DNA of 64,000 bases from Lachnospiraceae bacterium (lineage in GTDB: Bacteria; Bacillota; Clostridia; Lachnospirales; Lachnospiraceae). The DNA lies in NCBI GenBank assembly GCA_017441585.1, contig JAFRWW010000009.1, positions 4,456-68,455 of the forward strand. The letters run 5' to 3'. The notes below the pieces were generated by a model. That model ran no database searches. It was not told where the DNA came from and worked only from the letters and a program-made list of their open reading frames with translations. Position numbers and translations under genes: made by a program. The first letter of the stretch is position 1, and each line of letters begins with the position of its first letter. This document shows, in pieces, positions 18,110 to 27,367 of this stretch.

Positions 18110-19555
18110 TTACTCCTGTCTCAAAATAAATCCCATGATCTTTACCTTACTGCTCTCTGCCAGTTCTATCTCACGGGATATCTCATCATAACGGGAATCA
18201 CCCACCGTCTCCACAAATACCACAGCCTGACTCTCTGACATATCTGCAAGAGACTTGGGAGAATACAATACACTCTCTCCTGATGAAACCTTCACCTTAG
18301 ACGAAAGACGCTTTACCAGATCCTTGATGAGCTTCTCACCCTTATCACAGGCCCCTGTGATATAGAGACTTTCAAGTCCTTCCTTTGACATGGCTACCGC
18401 TATGCCTGCGCTTAGCATATCCAGACGCTTGTCATATCCGAATTCGCTCTCCCTGCCATAGAACAGGGAAGTAAGCCATTTATCTATGGGATTCTTCTTT
18501 TTATCCTTGGACTCTTCCCACACTGTTCCCAGGACAGATTTTTTGTAAGCACCGGTAATGCTTTCCTTAACCCTGACCACAGGGCGATGTACATATGACA
18601 GGCAGACAAAACCACACACCAGTATGATACCGAAGATGAAACCGGCAAGGATCAGCTTTTTATGTATGAAGCTGACGGATACCGAAGATGTCGCAGCCGT
18701 ATCCGCTGCCGTTTCTTCACTTTCATCCGACTTTTCGGCAGCCTTTACATAGGCCTCAAGTGCACTTTTCTGATCCGCATTAAGTGTATTCACCACGGTC
18801 ATCATGGCGCCGCGATAGTTGTTCAGTTCGTAAACATAAGATCCCTGTGTAGTGCGCATAAGGGGAGCGGGAGCCACCATATATTCCGAAGAAACCCTGA
18901 TCACGTCATGCGGAACAAGAGCGGATGCGATCTCGGGCGAAGCACTGTTAACACGTCCATCCAGGGCAGCGGCGATATCCTCGCACATCTGTCTGTCCCT
19001 GCCATATATGACAGCTGTGAACAAAGCTGAGCCCTCTTCATGATCAAAGGTAATCAGTTCATCAATAAATCCCGTATCCAGCCCGTATTTTTCGGCAGTT
19101 TCATCGTATCCGCCGGAAAGCTTCTGTATATACATACCCGCCAGCTCGGAATCAAAATTCTTCTTTTCTATGACGGGATACTCCGTCTCATAATGGGAAT
19201 CAACGATATAATTAACCTTGACCGTAGGCACGGCGCTGAAATCCAATGAAGCAAAAACCGACCCGTCAAGATAACGGGAAAGGGCATCACACCTTTTTTT
19301 AAAATTCATATATGCCGAAACTGCGATATCCACTTCCTGTGCTTCCTTATCGGTGAGCAGGGCCTTTATGGACTCCGCATCCTCACTGAGGGCCGCCTGA
19401 TCGGCAGCCATGGCATCCGCAGACTTTTTTGACTTATATATCCCGAACATATTTGCCGCAACGGCAAAAATAACGGCAAATATGATCATAAGCCGCCATT
19501 TCAGAATAATCCTGTATAACAGATCTTTCAGGTCAACAGTAATAAAATCTTTCAT
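18110..19555 (-). CDS. Wzz/chain-length-determinant-like membrane protein with a degenerate BY-kinase-like C-terminal domain
   Basis: The N-terminus (VDLKDLLYRIILKWRLMIIFAVIFAV) resembles Wzz. A second TM lies near residue 300. The C-terminal about 110 aa resembles a CpsD-type ATPase fold but lacks a Walker A (ITGACDKGEK). Confidence 0.45.
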   Translation of the reverse strand: MKDFITVDLKDLLYRIILKWRLMIIFAVIFAVAANMFGIYKSKKSADAMAADQAALSEDAESIKALLTDKEAQEVDIAVSAYMNFKKRCDALSRYLDGSVFASLDFSAVPTVKVNYIVDSHYETEYPVIEKKNFDSELAGMYIQKLSGGYDETAEKYGLDTGFIDELITFDHEEGSALFTAVIYGRDRQMCEDIAAALDGRVNSASPEIASALVPHDVIRVSSEYMVAPAPLMRTTQGSYVYELNNYRGAMMTVVNTLNADQKSALEAYVKAAEKSDESEETAADTAATSSVSVSFIHKKLILAGFIFGIILVCGFVCLSYVHRPVVRVKESITGAYKKSVLGTVWEESKDKKKNPIDKWLTSLFYGRESEFGYDKRLDMLSAGIAVAMSKEGLESLYITGACDKGEKLIKDLVKRLSSKVKVSSGESVLYSPKSLADMSESQAVVFVETVGDSRYDEISREIELAESSKVKIMGFILRQE

Positions 19556-19588
19556 GAAACCTCCTGCTTAAACAGACAGAAAACAACA

Positions 19589-20572
19589 TCATCTGACAGC
19601 GGCATAAACCATATAAAGAGCATAGATGATAAGCATTATCACGCCTTCAAATCTCACAAGTGTCTTTCTCGTAAGCGAAAAGATGAACAAAAGAAGTGTC
19701 GCCAGCACCAGAATGATCATATCGTACAAAGACGCCACATTCATGGAAATGGGATCTATCACGGAAGAAATACCCAGGACCATAAGGAAATTAAATATAT
19801 CCGAACCCAGTACATTACCTACCGCCAGATCCACCTCACCCTTCTTCGCAGCCACAACGGAAGTCACAAACTCGGGAAGGGAAGTTCCCAGAGCCACCAC
19901 CGTAAGGCCCACCAGGGTCTCTGTCATGTGAAATGCGGAAGCGATGCCTTTTGCGGAATAAACCACGGCCTGTCCGCCGGCAATTATAAGAACGGCTCCG
20001 CCGACGATAAAGACGATACACTTCAGATTTGGCATGGTAGCTGTCTCGGAAGGTGCATTCTCCGGATGTATCTTGGCATCATATACAAGCGCCAGGATAT
20101 AAAGTATAAAGCCTATTACAAGATAAGCGGCTATACCTCCCTGTATGACTCCCACTTCCTCGGAAACCATCATATCAAAAATCCTGCCGGAACGGATCAC
20201 GTCCCAGCCCAGCCAAAGTGCAATGGTCAAAGGTGCCAAAGCCACCACGGGGAAGTCTCTCACCACCGATATCTTCTTTACGGGAATGGCGCAGAAAAGG
20301 GCGCAAAAGCCCAGAATGCCCAGAATATTAAAAATGTTCGATCCAAGCACGTTACTCAAAGCAATCTCATTGGAGCCTGCCTTAGCCGCAGTGATGCTCA
20401 CCGCCAGCTCGGGAAGGGAAGTTCCCATGGAAACAACAGTAAGTCCTATCACCATAGGAGGTACTTTTAGCTTCTTGGCTGCAGCAGAGCTGCCGTCCAC
20501 AAATATATCAGCGCCCTTAACCAGTCCGACAAAGCCGGCCACCAGAAGGACTATGTATAACAAAATCATCAT
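19589..20572 (-). CDS. Ca2+/Na+ antiporter, CaCA (YrbG) family
   Basis: Two alpha-repeats, GTSLPELAVS and GTSLPEFVTS, and 10-11 TM segments in 327 aa. Confidence 0.87.
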   Translation of the reverse strand: MMILLYIVLLVAGFVGLVKGADIFVDGSSAAAKKLKVPPMVIGLTVVSMGTSLPELAVSITAAKAGSNEIALSNVLGSNIFNILGILGFCALFCAIPVKKISVVRDFPVVALAPLTIALWLGWDVIRSGRIFDMMVSEEVGVIQGGIAAYLVIGFILYILALVYDAKIHPENAPSETATMPNLKCIVFIVGGAVLIIAGGQAVVYSAKGIASAFHMTETLVGLTVVALGTSLPEFVTSVVAAKKGEVDLAVGNVLGSDIFNFLMVLGISSVIDPISMNVASLYDMIILVLATLLLFIFSLTRKTLVRFEGVIMLIIYALYMVYAAVR

Positions 20573-20659
20573 AACGCCTCTTTAAAAAACCATTAAAAGT
20601 GCACCCAAAGCAACGCAAAATAACTGATTTACAGTCAAATCACGCACACACGTTTTAAT

Positions 20660-20688
20660 ATTATACATCATTTGACGTTTTATAACAA
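20660..20688 (-). promoter_or_regulatory. sigma-A type promoter upstream of the antiporter gene
   Basis: Minus sense: TTGTTA (20683-20688), 17-nt spacer, TATAAT (20660-20665), about 85 nt upstream of the ATG. Confidence 0.5.
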
Positions 20689-20693
20689 GTTTT

Positions 20694-22496
20694 TTATTCA
20701 TCATCTTCACCGCTCTCTCTTGCCGCCCTGACGGCTGCCACTATCCTGCCCGTATCTATGATCCCCAGCTTTGACAATATGAATATGATAAGAGCAGCCA
20801 GAAGCATCGTCACAGCCACTCCCACAGCCACGATCTTCTGCGGTGCCACTGCCTTCTCCTCCTTATCCGGCATAATATCCTTATCCGGCAGCTCCGTATT
20901 GGCGGAGTACGCCTTGGGATAGTTTTCCACCAGCTTTTCCACCTCGAATTTATCCCCGGAGGATACGGATGAGTTAAGGCTCACGGTATATTCATCACTG
21001 TTAAAATCCCAAAGATCATCTTCAGTTTCCTCATCTTCCTCAAATTCATCATCATATTCTGACTTTATGGTCACACTCTTTCCCACGTTCTCCTGCTCTT
21101 TTGCTTTGCGGACAAAGGATGATGAGGAAGTGCTTTTTAATATAAGTTCCTTTTTTGTGATGCTGTCCGAATTTGATGACTGTGTATCCGCGCCTATCAC
21201 CATGGTACTCATGGAGGATGATATCTGTTTCCTTACGGATGATGAATAATATCTTTCCCGGGCAGATGAAGAAGATGACTTCTTTTTGGCGCTTGAGGAC
21301 AGGCTCCTGTCAATGACCTCCACGGTCACGCTCTGACAGACGGTATTTCCAAACTCATCGGCACCGTATATCATATACGTATCATTCTCTTCAATTTTCA
21401 TAAGGACACGGACTTTTTTGTCGCCGTTATATCTTCCAAGATATTTTTTTCCCGCCTCTTCATCACCATCACCATACCATACGGCTGACATGCCGGATTT
21501 TTCGTCAACACACTCTATGCTGAGAGTCACATCATCTGCTGTCTTTCTCTCGGGTATCCCGGTAATCGTCATGACAGGCGCCTCATCATCGATATCATTC
21601 AGTTCAAAAGCCTGTCTGCTCACATTTCCCAGGCCGTCCCTCACCCTGATATGATAGATACCGTTTTTATCCGTGACAAAACTGTATGAATCGGAATAGC
21701 TCTCCCCATCGTCAAAAGAAAACGCCTCCGGATGCAGCCCGCTTTCCATATCATAAGCATATACATTTATGACGCTGCCGTGTCCGTAGCCGTTCCTCCC
21801 CTCCACGGCCTGACTTTTCACGGACGCTATCACGGGAGCGCTCCGATCTATCATATCCACATCCGTGACCACGCACGCCCTCCTGTTTTCACTATCCTTC
21901 ACGGAAAAATAATATTCACCGTTTTGAGTTATCTCAAAGACATTGTCCTCCTTATAATCCTCCTCATCAAAGTCAGACGCCTCATTCTCCCCTGAAAAAG
22001 GTCCCTTCATCCCATAGCCCACAATCTTACCCCTAATGCAGCAAGCCGAAACACTCACCCTTAAAGACAAAGCGAAGCCGTTCACCGTTTCATGCGCATC
22101 AGCCTTGAGAGTGTCTATATAAAGCTCCCCCTCGGATTCTTTTTCATCCTGATCTTCTTTACCCGACTCTTTCTCATCAGACCATTTTTCATCGGAATCC
22201 TTATCACCGGAATCCTTATCACCGGAATCCTTATCACCTGAATCCCTCTCATCAGAATCCCCTTCATCTTTATCCCCTTCATCGAAATCTCTTTCACCTA
22301 AATCCTTCTCTCCGGATCCTTCATCAGCATCCTTTTCTCCGAATTCGTTTTCTCCTGACTCCTCTCCCTCTTCAAACGCCTGATTATCCGACACCCCCGC
22401 CGTGGCCAGCCTGCCACCCGAGCAAAACGTGAGCACCGACCCCATGATCATCATCACCATAATCTCACTTGCTAAATATACTCTCGATTTTTTCAT
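20694..22496 (-). CDS. hypothetical secreted, membrane-anchored surface protein (acidic repeats, Ig-like middle, Ser-rich stalk, C-terminal TM)
   Basis: N-terminal signal-like hydrophobic segment, an Asp/Glu/Gly/Ser/Lys repeat region (GDKDSGDKDSGDKDS), a beta-rich middle, an SSSAKKKSSSSS stalk and a C-terminal TM (IVAVGVAVTMLLAALIIFIL) with a charged tail. No LPXTG motif. Confidence 0.6.
   Translation of the reverse strand: MKKSRVYLASEIMVMMIMGSVLTFCSGGRLATAGVSDNQAFEEGEESGENEFGEKDADEGSGEKDLGERDFDEGDKDEGDSDERDSGDKDSGDKDSGDKDSDEKWSDEKESGKEDQDEKESEGELYIDTLKADAHETVNGFALSLRVSVSACCIRGKIVGYGMKGPFSGENEASDFDEEDYKEDNVFEITQNGEYYFSVKDSENRRACVVTDVDMIDRSAPVIASVKSQAVEGRNGYGHGSVINVYAYDMESGLHPEAFSFDDGESYSDSYSFVTDKNGIYHIRVRDGLGNVSRQAFELNDIDDEAPVMTITGIPERKTADDVTLSIECVDEKSGMSAVWYGDGDEEAGKKYLGRYNGDKKVRVLMKIEENDTYMIYGADEFGNTVCQSVTVEVIDRSLSSSAKKKSSSSSARERYYSSSVRKQISSSMSTMVIGADTQSSNSDSITKKELILKSTSSSSFVRKAKEQENVGKSVTIKSEYDDEFEEDEETEDDLWDFNSDEYTVSLNSSVSSGDKFEVEKLVENYPKAYSANTELPDKDIMPDKEEKAVAPQKIVAVGVAVTMLLAALIIFILSKLGIIDTGRIVAAVRAARESGEDDE
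22194..22238 (-). repeat. in-frame 15-bp tandem repeat, 3 perfect copies (ggaatccttatcacc) flanked by degenerate copies
   Basis: Perfect copies at 22194-22208, 22209-22223 and 22224-22238. Degenerate 15-nt periodicity is visible from about 22164 to about 22330. The repeat encodes (GDKDS)n. Confidence 0.85.
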
Positions 22497-22626
22497 ATAC
22501 TTCCTCCTCTTTATAACTCTGTTTAATATCTGATTAACTCTTTCTTCTTTTTTCGTAATCTAATTTCCATCATCGCCTCACATACAGTTTATCCCGCGCA
22601 GGCAGGCAAAGACCCCAATCCGTCAA

Positions 22627-22657
22627 GATTCTTCGTCACTTCGTTTCTCAGAATGAC
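22627..22657. repeat. 31-nt intergenic repeat element A
   Basis: gattcttcgtcacttcgtttctcagaatgac matches 10823-10853. It overlaps the last codons and the TGA stop of comEC (22648-22650). Confidence 0.75.
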
Positions 22658-24897
22658 AAACAATCTGAATATGTTTCAACCTTCGCCTTACCATCCTCAC
22701 AATGAACCATGATCGCTCCAACCCCCGCCGTCACATAGATAAGGCTCCCTGTTTTTTTGATCCTGCTGATCGCCTCCTCATGTGGATGACCATAGCGGTT
22801 GTCCCTGCCACAGGATATCAGCGTCAGCTTGGGTCTTACCTCATCCATCATCTCCTGAGAGCTGCTGTTCTTTGACCCATGATGGGCAGCCTTGTAAATA
22901 AAGAATCTTTTACCCTTAAGACTCTTAGCCAGATACTCTTCCCCGACACCTTCCACATCTCCGCCAAGAAGCACGGAAGTGCTCTCACAGTAAAGCCCCA
23001 GGACCATGGACATTTCGTTGGCTTCACCCCGGGTGCCCTTTTTCGGCCAGAGCACTTTAAGATACATATCCCCAAAGGACATTTCATCTCCTTCGCCTGC
23101 CCTGTATACCTTTATACCTTCCTTAAGGGCAGCCAGCCTCAAACTCTTTCCTGCCTCATCCAAAAGAGAATTATCCGTCATCACCAGGGCGTCTATACTT
23201 ATGCCCTCATTTTTTGCACCCTCCATGACCGCGTATAATCCATTGATGTGATCTGCATCGGTATGGGAGACCACAATGGCGTTCACCTTCCTTATCCCCA
23301 AAGCCTTAAGAGCCGGCAGTCCCACATATTTTCCCACTTCGCTTTCATCCGAGCTGCCCATGTCGCTTATGATGCACGCATTTTTCGTATAAGCCAAAAG
23401 GCCGTCACCCTGACCCACATCCAGCATCACAAAATTAAATCCGTCTCTTTGCCTGGGCCATAATATGAACACCGCCATCAGCGCTAAGATAAGCCCCGGA
23501 AAAAACAGCCGGTAAAATACTTTTTTCTTTTTCCCTTCATCCTCATCTTCCATCAGGAAGTGTACTTTTTTAAACACCATCGTCAGCACCCCCAATACCA
23601 GATAATAGATGAGTATCTCCGTAAGGCGCGGCTGTCCCGTGACAAAAACGCTCCCCTTTTGCGACACAAAGAATCTGCATACCGTGACATAGGCTCCCGT
23701 AGAGGTCTCGCACAAAAATGCAAGTACCCTACAGATCCACCCTGAAAAAGGGAGCAGTGAACAAAGGGCCAGCGACATTCCGGAAAAGATCAGAATCCCC
23801 GAAAAGGGAAGCAGCATGAGATTCAGTATCAGGGAATACACCGGATACTTGCAAAAAAAGTAAAGGGTAGGCGCCAGTGTGAAGGCGGATACCGATATGC
23901 TCATCCCCGCCGTTTTGAGTATCTTATTCTCCTCAAAGATCCCATTCATATATGGTCCTAAAAGTCCAATCCCCGCAAGGGCGGAAAAGGACAGCAAAAA
24001 AGCAGGATCAAAGATCATGAAGAGATTTTGGCAAAGACAGAAAAGTGCCGACAGTGAAAGGGCCGTGATCAGATCATAGGTACGCCCCAGACAGTCTCCA
24101 AAAATGCAGATCAAAAACATGATGACTGCCCTTTGGGATGATATCCCCCGGCCGGTCATATTGCAGTAACCAAGAGTCAGGGCTCCCCCCAGGGCACAGC
24201 TTATATATAAGGAACCGGTGAGTCTTTTAAGTGCCCTGTATATTCCCACGCCCACGATGCCGATATGGGTGCCTGATATGACAAGCAGATGAGCACAGCC
24301 TGCGTTTTCAAACAACAGCTTCATGCTATCATCCAGATAATCCTTATCTCCCAGTATCATGGCCCTTAAGATACCGGCAGTGACCTCGTCCAGATATCTG
24401 TCAAAGGCGTTTGCCATTTTAAGGCGCAGTGTAAAAAGAGCCTGTGAGATCACATCATGATCCTTTGAGACATCGGTTACCACAGCCCGTGCCAGGCTGC
24501 CGCACACTCCTCTTGACCTGTAATAGGAAGCCATATCAAACTGGCCCGGATTGGATGCCTCTTTGAGATTGTAAAATGTTCCCTTTACTTTCACACGGCT
24601 TCCAAGCTTAGGCACTTCGACGGAATATGACATGGCGTCTTTGTCACAATAGCAGATCACGCCGTCCATGGATCCACTGTATTTATTCAGTTTTTCTTCA
24701 TTGGGACCGATGCTCCCGGAAATGAGAACATCGTCTAAGATCAGTTGCAGTTTTTCTTGTGCAGTTTTTATTCTTATCTGTGAAAGACGCCCTGACAAAA
24801 CAACGTCTTTCCCTTCAAGGTAAGGGTTATTATATAGCGGTGGCGGCTGTGCTGTCAACAGCAAAAAAAGCATCAGCACAAAAAGAGCGCAGCCCAC
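22648..24897 (-). CDS. comEC: DNA internalization competence protein ComEC/Rec2 with C-terminal metallo-beta-lactamase domain
   Basis: N-terminal OB-like region, a polytopic competence domain and an MBL motif VSHTDADHINGL with AAHHGS. The start codon is uncertain (see findings). Confidence 0.9.
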   Translation of the reverse strand: MGCALFVLMLFLLLTAQPPPLYNNPYLEGKDVVLSGRLSQIRIKTAQEKLQLILDDVLISGSIGPNEEKLNKYSGSMDGVICYCDKDAMSYSVEVPKLGSRVKVKGTFYNLKEASNPGQFDMASYYRSRGVCGSLARAVVTDVSKDHDVISQALFTLRLKMANAFDRYLDEVTAGILRAMILGDKDYLDDSMKLLFENAGCAHLLVISGTHIGIVGVGIYRALKRLTGSLYISCALGGALTLGYCNMTGRGISSQRAVIMFLICIFGDCLGRTYDLITALSLSALFCLCQNLFMIFDPAFLLSFSALAGIGLLGPYMNGIFEENKILKTAGMSISVSAFTLAPTLYFFCKYPVYSLILNLMLLPFSGILIFSGMSLALCSLLPFSGWICRVLAFLCETSTGAYVTVCRFFVSQKGSVFVTGQPRLTEILIYYLVLGVLTMVFKKVHFLMEDEDEGKKKKVFYRLFFPGLILALMAVFILWPRQRDGFNFVMLDVGQGDGLLAYTKNACIISDMGSSDESEVGKYVGLPALKALGIRKVNAIVVSHTDADHINGLYAVMEGAKNEGISIDALVMTDNSLLDEAGKSLRLAALKEGIKVYRAGEGDEMSFGDMYLKVLWPKKGTRGEANEMSMVLGLYCESTSVLLGGDVEGVGEEYLAKSLKGKRFFIYKAAHHGSKNSSSQEMMDEVRPKLTLISCGRDNRYGHPHEEAISRIKKTGSLIYVTAGVGAIMVHCEDGKAKVETYSDCLSF

Positions 24898-24928
24898 AGC
24901 CAGTTTTCGTCCTCTGATGTCACACCTC

Positions 24929-25882
24929 CTATTCTCTTATCATATCCTGTTTCCTTTCAAAGGGCTGCATCAATGAAATAGTGCTCTTAAAATTCCTGTT
25001 GGTGTCACCGTCTATGGAAATCTGGACCTTATTGATATATCCCAGTTCCGTAAGGGAATTGACTATGGAATACAAAGACAGCTCCTCCGGCACCGGACTC
25101 TTGATCTCCAGCACGGGATCCGTCAGATCCACATAGCAGATACCGTCCTTGACCGTAACCGAATTTATCAGCCTGTCGGAGGAAAGCACTGCGTTATGAT
25201 CCTCCACCTTGGGTCCTGCCAGCAGAGCCTCCAGGATTATCTTTTCCACAGGTACGTTGGAGGAAAAAGCTATATCCCTCTTTTCCTGCACCAGATAGGT
25301 CCCCGTCACATCCGCAAAATAAAGTGTGATGGTGGTCTTTTCATAAGAGTTGGTATCACTTCTGCTGCCGTCCACAAAATTCTCGGGGCTCATACCCGGA
25401 TAAGGTATGCCCTTGGAATCCACCAGGGGAGAAGAATTCACACTTATGAGCACACTGTCCACGTCGATGAGCTGGCACAGGGTCCGGACCAGGGAAGCCC
25501 GAAACAGCACCTCTGTATTTTTAGGCAGAGTATTATATTCGGAATCAAAATCCAGTGTCAGACTCCTATCATTTCTCGTGACGCTCTTCAAGGTTACCTC
25601 ATGTCCCAGTACCGCCTTCAAGGTGGGGTCCGACGGCTCTGCGGACATGGATTCCAAAAGAAGCTGTTCCGTCATGACGCCTTCATAGGGAACGCCTTCT
25701 ATACGATCCTCATCTCTGGTAAGGTAGTAGATCAGGATCGGTTCATCCTCATAAGCCCCGTCATCCTGAACCTCGCCTCTTATCCTGTTCTTATCGGAGG
25801 AACAGGCGCAGAGCATACCCGTTGCCAGGAGTATGATAAAAAGGAATGATATATATATTTTTATGCATCCGTAGTTTTTCAT
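24929..25882 (-). CDS. GerMN-domain lipoprotein (GerM-like)
   Basis: Lipobox-like LATGMLCACSS. Two repeats have GerMN-like features (LTLDF...; YVDLT...). Assignment is from motif memory only. Confidence 0.55.
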   Translation of the reverse strand: MKNYGCIKIYISFLFIILLATGMLCACSSDKNRIRGEVQDDGAYEDEPILIYYLTRDEDRIEGVPYEGVMTEQLLLESMSAEPSDPTLKAVLGHEVTLKSVTRNDRSLTLDFDSEYNTLPKNTEVLFRASLVRTLCQLIDVDSVLISVNSSPLVDSKGIPYPGMSPENFVDGSRSDTNSYEKTTITLYFADVTGTYLVQEKRDIAFSSNVPVEKIILEALLAGPKVEDHNAVLSSDRLINSVTVKDGICYVDLTDPVLEIKSPVPEELSLYSIVNSLTELGYINKVQISIDGDTNRNFKSTISLMQPFERKQDMIRE

Positions 25883-25923
25883 TTTTCAATCTGTTTGATC
25901 CTGAATTCAGACAATACCGGATT

Positions 25924-27312
25924 TTATTTTGTCGCCGGCGTGATATATGTAAGAGGTATCCTCAAAGCGAACTCCGTACCCTGGCCCTCCAGAGATGAAA
26001 CCTTTATCGCGCCTCTGTGCATTATGACCGCGCTTCTGGCTATGGCCAGGCCCAGTCCGGTGCCGCCTATCTCTCTGGAATGGGATTTGTCCACTCTGTA
26101 AAAACGTTCAAACACATGATCCTGAGCTTCAGCCGGTATTCCTATTCCCGAATCCGTGACGGTGATGAGGAAGAACTGATGATCCGCATCCAGCATGACC
26201 CTCACCCAGCCGTTGGGATTATTGTACTTTATGGCATTCTCTATGAGATTTGAAACCGCCAGGGTGAGCTTCACCTCATCCACCTCAGCCTTTACCGGCC
26301 TCACCGACTCAAAGATGAGTTCTATGCCGCTTTGATCCGCCAGAGGCTTAAGGCGCTTTAATATGGCCTCCGTCATCTCATTGATATCCACTTCCTTAAT
26401 GTTCAAAGTTCCGGCGGTCTTATCCATCTTTACCAGGGAAAGAAGATCCGTGATAATGGAATTCTCCCTGTCGATCTCATGGGTGATATCCTCCATGAAC
26501 TCCCTGTACATCTCACTGGTGGCACCATCCCCCATGGTGATGAGGGAATCAGCCAGAACCTTCATGGAAGCCAAGGGAGTCTTAAGTTCGTGAGACACGT
26601 TTGACACAAATTCCTGTCTGGAATCATCCAGCTTTTTCATCCTGGACAGCAGCTGGTTCAGCGCGCCTACAATAGACTCCATCTCGGTATAGCCCTTTAC
26701 GTCGATAACCTCCTGCTCATAGCCTGCCTCTATCTTGTTTATGGCCTGGGTCACCCTGTCAAAAGGACGCATCAGCAGTCTGGAGCATATGATGGAAATG
26801 GCTATTATGATTATGGTGATTATGACCTCCAGCAACAGAGCGTTACGTCTCAACGCATCTATGGTGGCCATGAGGGAATCCGTGGAAGCGCAGGCTATGA
26901 TCACGCCGCACCCTTCACCGGTGTTCGTGTCCAAAACCGGAGTGACCACTTCCACATAATGATTTGGCGCATCATATCCGCTGGAAGACTCACCTGAAGA
27001 AAAAGCCTTAAGCACATCCTCTGAAATTATGATCTTGGATTCATAGATACCATAAGTATCCTTGACGGCGCGAAAATCCCTGTCAATGATGATGACCCTG
27101 CCGTCATACAGATTTGCCATCTGCTCTATCTCCGCATTTACCTCATCGGACATATTTCCGTCGAGATATCCGGATGAAAGCAGATAGTTTGATAATATAT
27201 TACACTGGATCGAAAGATCGGAATTACGGGAAGATACAGCGTTCTTCTCATAATATCTCAAAATGATGCCTCTTGTGATGATGACCGGGATAATACCCGT
27301 CAAAAGCAGCAA
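25924..27312 (-). CDS. sensor histidine kinase (two TM, HAMP, HisKA, HATPase_c)
   Basis: H-box SHELKTPL, N-box NLIENAIKYN, G-boxes DSGIGI and GGTGLGLAI. Confidence 0.92.
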   Translation of the reverse strand: MLLLTGIIPVIITRGIILRYYEKNAVSSRNSDLSIQCNILSNYLLSSGYLDGNMSDEVNAEIEQMANLYDGRVIIIDRDFRAVKDTYGIYESKIIISEDVLKAFSSGESSSGYDAPNHYVEVVTPVLDTNTGEGCGVIIACASTDSLMATIDALRRNALLLEVIITIIIIAISIICSRLLMRPFDRVTQAINKIEAGYEQEVIDVKGYTEMESIVGALNQLLSRMKKLDDSRQEFVSNVSHELKTPLASMKVLADSLITMGDGATSEMYREFMEDITHEIDRENSIITDLLSLVKMDKTAGTLNIKEVDINEMTEAILKRLKPLADQSGIELIFESVRPVKAEVDEVKLTLAVSNLIENAIKYNNPNGWVRVMLDADHQFFLITVTDSGIGIPAEAQDHVFERFYRVDKSHSREIGGTGLGLAIARSAVIMHRGAIKVSSLEGQGTEFALRIPLTYITPATK

Positions 27313-27367
27313 AAGGATGATCCTGAACTTTAAACTCTTTACGATAAAAGATTCGCGGATTAAATCC

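Noticed and set aside
22164-22330. A possible CRISPR-like or non-coding repeat array.
   Set aside because: The period is 15 bp with no spacers, it lies entirely inside an ORF, and it is in frame. It is a coding tandem repeat, not a CRISPR array.
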